From assembly GCA_026388095.1 (NCBI GenBank), contig JAPLKL010000041.1, positions 36,016 through 100,015 on the forward strand: 64,000 bases of DNA, read 5' to 3'. The notes under the pieces are model-generated. The model was not told where the DNA came from. It was given only the letters and a program-made list of their open reading frames with translations, and did not search any database. Of the stretch, positions 18,891 through 25,965 are shown in pieces. A program made the translations under genes and the position numbers. The stretch comes from Elusimicrobiota bacterium. Its GTDB lineage: Bacteria; Elusimicrobiota; Elusimicrobia; UBA1565; UBA9628. Every line of letters starts with the position of its first letter. Position 1 is the stretch's first letter.

Positions 18891-19643
18891 TTATTTGACG
18901 ATCTCCATGGTGATGAACAGGAACAGCGAGGACTGCGTCTCCACGACGCTCGAGCTGGTGAAGAGCAGTCCCAGAATCGGGATCCGGCCTATATAGGGTA
19001 CGCGCGTCTTGGTCACGTTCTTGGTGCTCGACTTCAGGCCCCCCAAGACCAGCGTCTCGCCGCTCTTGATCTCGACCGAGGTCTGGATCTGGCGGGTGAC
19101 GAAGGACGGCACCGTGGTGTTGCCCACCTGCACGGGCTTGGAGTAGTCCGGGTTGGAGACCTCCAGCTGCAGCTCCGCGCGGATGGTGTCCTTCTTGTTC
19201 GGGTTGATGACCGGCATGATGTTGAGGATGACCCCGTACTTCTTGAGCTCGACTCCCACGCTGCCCGTGGCCCCGGTCACCGGATAGGGCTGCTCGCCGC
19301 CGACCACGAAGTTGGCCTGCGATTGGGCCTGCACGATGACCTTGGGATTGGAGAGCAGCTGCGCCTTGCCTTCGGTCTCCAGCATCTTCAGCGAGGCCTG
19401 CAAGGCGGTCTGCCGGGCGAAGTCCCCGATCTTGTATATGCCGGGGATCTCCTTCTCCGCGAAGTTGATGCCGCTCTGCAAAGGTCCCCATGTGAAACCC
19501 GTGGACACATCCTTGGAGCCGGAAAGCTCCACGATATCCGCCGAGACCGCCACGAGGGAATCCTCGGGCTGGGCCCAGAGCTGCGCGCCGCCCAAAAGCA
19601 GCGCCAGCGAAAGCGACAGACGCCCTGACAGTTGTCTCAGCAT
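18891..19643 (-). CDS. cpaC: Secretin of the CpaC/RcpA family (outer-membrane channel of the Tad pilus); a short form.
   Basis: The signal peptide is MLRQLSGRLSLSLALLLGGAQLWAQP. The secretin C-domain carries hallmark motifs (VVGGEQPYPV, VSNPDYSKPVQVGNTTVPSFVTRQIQTSVEIKSGETLVLGGL, VPYIGRIPILGLLF). Confidence 0.8.
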   Translation of the reverse strand: MLRQLSGRLSLSLALLLGGAQLWAQPEDSLVAVSADIVELSGSKDVSTGFTWGPLQSGINFAEKEIPGIYKIGDFARQTALQASLKMLETEGKAQLLSNPKVIVQAQSQANFVVGGEQPYPVTGATGSVGVELKKYGVILNIMPVINPNKKDTIRAELQLEVSNPDYSKPVQVGNTTVPSFVTRQIQTSVEIKSGETLVLGGLKSSTKNVTKTRVPYIGRIPILGLLFTSSSVVETQSSLFLFITMEIVK

Positions 19644-19688
19644 GATGTCGTACCGTTGCGGCTCGAAACGCCTCTACGTCAGGTCCGG

Positions 19689-20444
19689 CTACTTGAACAG
19701 CTTGCGGAAACTCGCCATCTCCATCGGATGCATCTCCACGTCGCCCAGACCCCGCAGGACCACGGTCGTGTCGCCCTGCTTCATGGCCAAGGACAGGTAC
19801 TGCGCCTCGTTGGGGTTGAGCGCCAGCGCGATCATGGCCTTCTCCGAGAAGGCCGCGGTCTTGTCCTCCTTGTCCGTGGCGACCTTGGCCTGCTTGGCGT
19901 TCATCCCCTGGCCGAGGTTCGTCCCCACCGCGATGACCAGGACGTTCTGCAGGATGGTCGCCGTCACCCGCTCCTTGCGGCCGTCCGCCATCACGGCCTC
20001 GAAGGTCACCAGGACGTCCACGCGGTCGCCCGGCTTGATGAGGGGCTTGAGCTCGTTCTCGATGCCCAGGATGGCGCCGCGATAGCCCGGCGGGATCTTG
20101 ACGCTCAGGCCGGCCTCGGGAGACAGGGAGATCAGCGCCGACTGGCAGATCTGGTTGCCCTTGGGGACACGCACCCGGGTGACCAGGTTGGCGATGAGCT
20201 TGATGTCGGCCGGAGTCTTGACCTCGAAGGCGTCCTGCTCCATGAACTTGCGCGGGACCTGCATCGGCTCGGCCATCTCCTCCTTGAGCACGGTGCGCTC
20301 CGGGATGTCCACGCGGGCGACCAGGACCTGGCCGGTTTCATAGGCCGAGGAAAGCGCCCGCTCCTTGCTCGTGAGCACCATCAAGTAGAAGATGGCGGCC
20401 CCCATGGCCAGCACCATCGGCACCAATATCCCTTTCTTTTCCAT
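19689..20444 (-). CDS. cpaB: Flp pilus assembly protein CpaB/RcpC (SAF domain).
   Basis: There is an N-terminal TM (ILVPMVLAMGAAIFYLMVL), a SAF-like domain (LVARVDIPERTVLKEEM), and a C-terminal RcpC β-domain. Confidence 0.85.
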   Translation of the reverse strand: MEKKGILVPMVLAMGAAIFYLMVLTSKERALSSAYETGQVLVARVDIPERTVLKEEMAEPMQVPRKFMEQDAFEVKTPADIKLIANLVTRVRVPKGNQICQSALISLSPEAGLSVKIPPGYRGAILGIENELKPLIKPGDRVDVLVTFEAVMADGRKERVTATILQNVLVIAVGTNLGQGMNAKQAKVATDKEDKTAAFSEKAMIALALNPNEAQYLSLAMKQGDTTVVLRGLGDVEMHPMEMASFRKLFK

Positions 20445-20447
20445 AGT

Positions 20448-20915
20448 TCAGAAGGCCAGAGGCCTCTCGATGGGCATGCGCACCTCCGCCGAGATTGTGC
20501 ACCAGCCCCCGCCCGGCCCCTGCGGGCAGAGGATCGGCGACGACATCAGGATGCTGCTCAACGGGAAGACGAACTTGATCGGGTTGCTTCCCGTCACCAC
20601 GAGGTCTGCGTTGGTGACCTGCGCCTGAGTGTCCTGGAAGGAGTGGTAGTCCAAGGTGCAGGACACGGTCGCGGACTGGAGGATGCGTTTCATCAGAGGC
20701 ACCAAGCGGCCGCAGTCAGGCAACACCGTGCCGCTGGAGAGGCATTGGGTCATGGCCCCGATGCGGGCCACCTCGTAGGTGGCGTGGTTGAGCAGGATCA
20801 TCTGGAACGACATGTAGCCCATCTCCATGATCGTGAAGACGATGGTCAGGAAAATAGGCAGGACGAGGAGCATCTCCACGAGAACCTGCCCATGTTTCCA
20901 TCCCCTCTTCGACAC
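20448..20915 (-). CDS. TadE-like pseudopilin.
   Basis: The N-terminus MSKRGWKHGQVLVEMLLVLPIFLTIVFTIMEMG is a TadE-family N-terminal domain. Confidence 0.8.
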   Translation of the reverse strand: MSKRGWKHGQVLVEMLLVLPIFLTIVFTIMEMGYMSFQMILLNHATYEVARIGAMTQCLSSGTVLPDCGRLVPLMKRILQSATVSCTLDYHSFQDTQAQVTNADLVVTGSNPIKFVFPLSSILMSSPILCPQGPGGGWCTISAEVRMPIERPLAF

Positions 20916-20983
20916 GACCCCCCCTCGGGGCCCTCGCGGGCCCGCGTCTTTGCGTCAAACGGCGAGGCTGCAGCCTGCGGCTC

Positions 20984-21190
20984 TTAGTTGCCCTGCCCCA
21001 ACGACGTGGCGGCGCCTGAGATCATCTGCTGGATCGAGCTGAACAGACCCGGCATGAACCGCTTGAGCGCCACCCCGGCCACCAGCACGACGCCCACGAC
21101 CACCGTCAGCATCAGCAGATACTCTACGGTGTTCTGACCTTTCCGGCTCTTGAGCCACTTGCGCGCCGCTTCCACTCTCATCGTCATCAT
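20984..21190 (-). CDS. flp: Flp/Fap-family type IVb pilin (prepilin).
   Basis: The sequence MMTMRVEAARKWLKSRKGQNTVEYLLMLTVVVGVVLVAGVAL has a short basic leader, a G/xxxxEY processing motif and a hydrophobic helix. AGGAG lies 10 nt upstream of the ATG at 21190. In-frame ATGs also occur at 21187 and 21181. Confidence 0.75.
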   Translation of the reverse strand: MMTMRVEAARKWLKSRKGQNTVEYLLMLTVVVGVVLVAGVALKRFMPGLFSSIQQMISGAATSLGQGN

Positions 21191-21212
21191 ACGTTTCGCT
21201 CTCCTTGCACGA

Positions 21213-21380
21213 TCAGTAATAGGTCGAAAGAATCTTCTTGCCGGCCAGGATGAACAGCAGCTTCAACTGCCCCTGGATGAACCCGTACATGGCCGCGAAG
21301 CACGTCACCAAGACCATCGTGGTCAGGATGTACTCGACCGCAGCCTGTCCTTTCCGCCATCCCGGCATCTTCAGAGCCAT
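21213..21380 (-). CDS. flp: Second Flp-family pilin (55 aa), not in the ORF track because it is under 60 aa.
   Basis: Manual translation gives MALKMPGWRKGQAAVEYILTTMVLVTCFAAMYGFIQGQLKLLFILAGKKILSTYY*. It has the same leader-GQ-xxVEY-hydrophobic-helix architecture as the adjacent pilin. An alternative in-frame ATG at 21389 would give MTYMALK... Confidence 0.6.
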   Translation of the reverse strand: MALKMPGWRKGQAAVEYILTTMVLVTCFAAMYGFIQGQLKLLFILAGKKILSTYY

Positions 21381-21442
21381 GTACGTCATTGAGTGTATCA
21401 GCCACGGTTTTCCTTGTCAATAACCTTTCCATTAAAAATACA

Positions 21443-22417
21443 TTAAAACTTGACCTTAAAGGAGAATTGGTCGACGGTGCCGAGAGCTCCGTAAGGGACG
21501 TAGGCATAGTCCAGGGCGATGCCGTACCCGAAGGCCCGCGAGGTGAACAGCCCGAAACCGAAGGAAAGACCGGCGGTCCGGTCCATGCGCAGGTTCTTGA
21601 GCGTGCCGTCGAAGCTCTGGCCCAGGGTGTCCGCGTTGTAGTACCCCGCCCGGAACGTGACCTGCCCGACGTCGAGATACTGCTCGGGGAGCATGAATTC
21701 CCCGCCCACGCCGAAATGGGCTCCCGAGTCGGAGGCCTCATTGAGCTCCAGGCCGATATTGAAGAAGTCTCCCAGCCGCAGGGCCGCCCCGCCCCGCGTC
21801 GTGGCGGGGACGTTCTCCTTGTTGGTCCCGAAGTTCTGCACCGCGAATCCCAAGGTCAGCACGCTGTTGGGCTTGAGCAGGACGCCGAAATCGCCGACGA
21901 CCGTGTCGTGCACGCGGCTGGCGAGGTCCTCATGGACCAAGCGCACCGCGCCGCCCAGGAACAGCTTCTCGTACCAGAACGACCGCGCCATGCCGATGGA
22001 GCCGAATCCGTCGCGCACATTGATGTTCTCGCCGGTCTGGGGTACGCCGTTGGCGTCGCGCACGTCGAAGCCCGATACGCTCATGTAGGCGATGTTGGCG
22101 CCCCAGACCGTGCGGCCCATGGGATGGGCGTAGCCCAGATAGAGGGGCGAGTCCGTGTCCTGGACGTAGCGCAGGTAGGAGTAGACCAACTCCTTCTGCT
22201 GGGTCAGGGCCAAGCCGGCGGGGTTCCAGGTCAAGGCGTCGGCGCCCTCGGCCAAGGCCACGTAGGCCTTGCCCAGGGCCTGGGCCCGCGCCGAGCCCTG
22301 CTGGAGCTCCATGAACTGGGCGCCGCTGGTGCCGGCTTGATCGGAGATGGCCCAAGCCGCGGCCGGGCCGCCGAGCAGCCAGACGCATGCGAGCAGGGCC
22401 GTTATCCCGAGTCTCAT
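21443..22417 (-). CDS. Outer-membrane beta-barrel protein, PorV/PorQ/FadL-like.
   Basis: The signal peptide is MRLGITALLACVWLLGGPAAAWA. The conserved N-terminal motif GSARAQALGKAYVALAEGADALTWNPAGLA matches the PorV/PorQ/FadL-like barrel family. Alternating hydrophobic β-strands follow, and the C-terminus is an aromatic residue (FSFKVKF). The start abuts the stop of the giant upstream gene. Confidence 0.65.
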   Translation of the reverse strand: MRLGITALLACVWLLGGPAAAWAISDQAGTSGAQFMELQQGSARAQALGKAYVALAEGADALTWNPAGLALTQQKELVYSYLRYVQDTDSPLYLGYAHPMGRTVWGANIAYMSVSGFDVRDANGVPQTGENINVRDGFGSIGMARSFWYEKLFLGGAVRLVHEDLASRVHDTVVGDFGVLLKPNSVLTLGFAVQNFGTNKENVPATTRGGAALRLGDFFNIGLELNEASDSGAHFGVGGEFMLPEQYLDVGQVTFRAGYYNADTLGQSFDGTLKNLRMDRTAGLSFGFGLFTSRAFGYGIALDYAYVPYGALGTVDQFSFKVKF

Positions 22418-25400
22418 CGCACCAGGAATTTCTTCACCGTCTGCAGGATGTTCCTGCTGCCGTCCGTGGCTTCGGCCCGGAATACCGCGTAGTACAACCC
22501 GCGCGCCACCCGGCGGCCGGCGGAGTTGGAGCGGGTCCAGGCGAAGCACGGGACGCCGCCCGCCGTGGAGCCCCCGCTGACGTAGTTATTGGCCTGCTGC
22601 TCCCCGAAGTCCTTGTCCAGGACCAGCTCGCCGCTCATGGTGTAGAGCTTCATCTTGACGTCGGCCTGGAACGGCGAGAAGATGACGATGTTGGCGCTGT
22701 CGCCGTCCACGGGGTTGGGGTAGATGTAGGTGTTTCGCTCGAAATCCCCTTTGGGATCAGCGGACTGGTTGCGCACCACGGCGACCTCGTCGAGCGGCCG
22801 GTCCTCGGCCAGCTCCAGCGGGAAGATCACGTTGCCCGTCATATTGTCGATGGCGCTCATGTCCGTCGAAGCCACGATGCTGAATTTGTAATTCCCGTCG
22901 GGGGTCGCGCCCAGGCGCAGATCGGTGCCGTCCCAGGTCTCGGTGACCTCCGTGCGGCCCGGCCGCACGCCCACGATGCGCTTGACCAATGACACGGCCT
23001 CGGGCGGCGACGGGTTGCCGTTGCCGTCGAAGACGGTCCCTGGGCGGTAGATCTTGACCGACACCTTCATGGTCGCGGAGACCTGGTAGAGGATGCGCGC
23101 CCCCTCCGAGCCGTTGGTCAGCGGCGCGATGGCCACGTCGTAGATGCGCAGCGGGTCGTAGGCGATGGTCATCTGGGCCGTGGAGGGCTGGTTGAGCTGG
23201 GAGGCCACGTCCTGGGCCACGCCGCGCACCAGGTAGAAGCCGGACGGCGGGAAGTTGCCCTTGTCGTCCCGGCCGTCCCAGACGTCCTCCAGCAGCAGGC
23301 CGCCGTCGCGCACTCCCCCCAAGATGACCGAACGCACGACCTGGTTGGGGACGTTGTTGTTGAGGATCTGGATGGTGACCGAGGATTGGCGGGTGAGTGC
23401 GTAGCTGATGGTGAAGGGGTCCAAAGTGATGCTGGAGCTGGAGTTGAACATCTGCGGCACGGTCGGAGTCACGTTGAAGGTGGTGAAGATGATCGCGCCG
23501 CGGCTGACGGTCACGCTCCCGAAGACCCGGTCCGTGGCGTAGTACTGGGGAGTCGTCGTGGACTGCGCGACCAAGGTGAAGACGTAGCTGCCGTCCGGGA
23601 CCAGCAGTCCGTTGGCGTCCCGGCCGTCCCAGTATTCGGTGATGCGCATGCGGCCGGGCCGCATCCCGTGGTAGCTGATGAGGGGCCCGATCTTGCCGCC
23701 TTGGGAGTCCACGGTGTTGTCGCAGACGGTGGTGGACATGCCGCAGGGCGGCCAGGTGGAGGTGCTGTTCTTGATGACCGTGCCCGGGGAGTAGATGTTC
23801 CACACCACGTTCATGGGCTGGGAGAGTTGATAGTTGAGCGAGACCGAATCCGAGGTCCCGGCCATGAGCGGCGTGGTCACCACGTCCGTGATGCGGAACA
23901 GGTCAACCGGGAAAGACGACGACACCGTCGAGACCTTCATGGTGCACAAAGGGTCCGCGGCGGTCAGCTGGACGATGTAAGTGCCCGAAGTGACCCAACG
24001 GCCGGTGTTGTCCACCGCGTCGCCCCATATCTCCTGGTTGGCGAACAAGCCGGGCCGGACCACGTTTTCGGCGAGGGTCCTGACCAAAGTGGTCCCGTCG
24101 GCCTGGAAGATCTTCACGCTCGCGATGGCGTCGCGGCCGAGCTGATACCGGAACACGAAGGGATTGAGGCCGCTGATGGCCGGGCTGGAGCCGATGACGG
24201 TGGGGCTGGCGGCGATCTGGCTGAGGCCCACGTTGCCCCGCACCACCGGCATGAAGCCAGTCTGGGCCTTGGTCGTCCAGATGCGGCGGTCTTGCACGCT
24301 GCTGATGAAGGGGCTCCCGTTCTGCGAGGGCAGGGCGGCGTAGATCACGAAGACGTAGTCGCCGTCCGTGCAGACCGCGTTGCCGTTCATGTCCCGGCCG
24401 TCCCAGAAGGTCAACGCGGAGCCGCGGCCGGCCTTGATCTCCTCGAAATGGCGCACCAGGGGAGCCGGGGACGAGTTCGGGCCGGTGCAGGCGCCTATGT
24501 AGGGTTTGAAGTCCTTGGGTCCGTGCACCCACTCGAACCCGCCGGAGATGACTGGGCCCGCCCGGTCCAGGTTGACCGGGTCATTGACATTGTTGAGGTT
24601 GCCGCAGAACTGGGTGTTAGGAGGATAGATGTCTATATACACCGTCGCCGGCTCGGTGAGGGTGTAGCTCAAAGTCGCCAAAGACGTCGCTGAGCCCGCC
24701 AGAGGCGCGACCCTGAGGTCCGTGATCTGGAGGGGGTCCAAGCTGATCTGCCGCGTGGTCGGGTAGGACAGGTCGCCCCCGTACTGGTCAACGGCGAAGG
24801 CCTGCAAGGTCGCCAGGAACACCCCGGGGGGCAGGAGATCCCCGTTGTCTGCGCGGCCGTTCCAGGCATCGCCGTTGAGCAAGGTCCCGTTGGGCGTGCC
24901 CTCGCCCACGCGCGCCACGCCCGGCAGCACGGAGCGCAGCACCGCGCCGCTGTCCGGGTCGGTGACGGTGATGTACATCGAGGCGTCCTTGGAGAGCCGG
25001 TAAGTGATGTTGTAGGGCTCCACGTAGACCCCGGCGCTGCCCACCACCGTGGGAGAGGAGCGCACCACGTGCACGTTGGTGACGTCCACCTGCACGGGCT
25101 TCTGCAGGACGAAGAGCGCGTTGGCATCCATGGTGGCTCCCGCCGGATAGGCGCGCTGGGCCGTGATGGTGATGTTGCCGCTGGAGCCGGTCTGGTTGGT
25201 CTGGGCCGTGATGCGGAATCCGTACTGTCCGTTGGTCTTGCCCAACTCGCCCTGGATGCTGACTGCGCCGTCCCAGAGCACGCAGTAGGGTTTCACACCG
25301 CTCGTGGTGGAGTTGGTGTAGGGAGCCAGGACCCCGGGGGCGTCCACGAAGAAGGTGCGGATCGGCGGGGTGGAGCCCGCATCCAGGGGGTTGGCCCCGT

Positions 25401-25911
25401 CCTGGAACTTGAAAATCTCGAACTCCACCATGTCCAGGGCCACGGTGTCGGAGCCCGGGTTGTTGTAGCCGATCCCGGCGCAGAGGAAGACGTCGGAGTT
25501 GCAGATGTTGTTGCCGTTGACTGCGTCGCCGGCAGGGGAGTTGGCGGCGTCGCAGTTGGACAGCACCGTGGAGCTGCGCTGGTCGAACTCGATGTGGGGG
25601 TCGTTGGAGATGTTGCCATTCTGCGGCTGCAATCCCGAGACATCAGTGGGCGAAGTCGGGTTGATGTCCCCGCAATAAGTGGTGCCGCCCAGTTGGCAGT
25701 TGGACGAGCCGTCCAGACAGAAGAAGTGCTTCGTGAACGCATTATAATAGCAGTAGAAGCCGCTGTCCTTGACCACGAAGGACTGATCGATGAAGAGCTG
25801 GACCTGGCCCTGAGCGAAGAGGCGGGAGGGCAGGAGGAGGGACAGGAGGGCGGCGCCGTAGAAAGCCTGCGCCGCCCCCATGCCGCTTCGATGTCGGTTC
25901 ATAGAACGCAT
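22414..25911 (-). CDS. Giant secreted protein (~1165 aa) with six FlgD-Ig-like repeats and a T9SS-type (Por_Secre_tail-like) C-terminal sorting domain.
   Basis: The signal peptide is MRSMNRHRSGMGAAQAFYGAALLSLLLPSRLFAQG, followed by a Cys-rich N-terminal region. Six repeats carry the W(D/N)GRDxxGxxxPxGxYxF motif (TFWDGRDMNGNAVCTDGDYVFVIY, EYWDGRDANGLLVPDGSYVFTLVA, DVWDGRDDKGNFPPSGFYLVRGVA, ETWDGTDLRLGATPDGNYKFSIVA and others). The C-terminal ~90 aa (YIYPNPVDGDSANIVIF...VKMKLYTMSGELV...RGLYYAVFRAE...KKFLVR) match the T9SS sorting-domain consensus. The ATG at 25911 is chosen; a GTG lies at 25914. Confidence 0.8.
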   Translation of the reverse strand: MRSMNRHRSGMGAAQAFYGAALLSLLLPSRLFAQGQVQLFIDQSFVVKDSGFYCYYNAFTKHFFCLDGSSNCQLGGTTYCGDINPTSPTDVSGLQPQNGNISNDPHIEFDQRSSTVLSNCDAANSPAGDAVNGNNICNSDVFLCAGIGYNNPGSDTVALDMVEFEIFKFQDGANPLDAGSTPPIRTFFVDAPGVLAPYTNSTTSGVKPYCVLWDGAVSIQGELGKTNGQYGFRITAQTNQTGSSGNITITAQRAYPAGATMDANALFVLQKPVQVDVTNVHVVRSSPTVVGSAGVYVEPYNITYRLSKDASMYITVTDPDSGAVLRSVLPGVARVGEGTPNGTLLNGDAWNGRADNGDLLPPGVFLATLQAFAVDQYGGDLSYPTTRQISLDPLQITDLRVAPLAGSATSLATLSYTLTEPATVYIDIYPPNTQFCGNLNNVNDPVNLDRAGPVISGGFEWVHGPKDFKPYIGACTGPNSSPAPLVRHFEEIKAGRGSALTFWDGRDMNGNAVCTDGDYVFVIYAALPSQNGSPFISSVQDRRIWTTKAQTGFMPVVRGNVGLSQIAASPTVIGSSPAISGLNPFVFRYQLGRDAIASVKIFQADGTTLVRTLAENVVRPGLFANQEIWGDAVDNTGRWVTSGTYIVQLTAADPLCTMKVSTVSSSFPVDLFRITDVVTTPLMAGTSDSVSLNYQLSQPMNVVWNIYSPGTVIKNSTSTWPPCGMSTTVCDNTVDSQGGKIGPLISYHGMRPGRMRITEYWDGRDANGLLVPDGSYVFTLVAQSTTTPQYYATDRVFGSVTVSRGAIIFTTFNVTPTVPQMFNSSSSITLDPFTISYALTRQSSVTIQILNNNVPNQVVRSVILGGVRDGGLLLEDVWDGRDDKGNFPPSGFYLVRGVAQDVASQLNQPSTAQMTIAYDPLRIYDVAIAPLTNGSEGARILYQVSATMKVSVKIYRPGTVFDGNGNPSPPEAVSLVKRIVGVRPGRTEVTETWDGTDLRLGATPDGNYKFSIVASTDMSAIDNMTGNVIFPLELAEDRPLDEVAVVRNQSADPKGDFERNTYIYPNPVDGDSANIVIFSPFQADVKMKLYTMSGELVLDKDFGEQQANNYVSGGSTAGGVPCFAWTRSNSAGRRVARGLYYAVFRAEATDGSRNILQTVKKFLVR

Positions 25912-25965
25912 CACCCTAGCAGTGCCAAAATAGCCTAAATCTGTTTCCGGAGTATTACCGGCATG

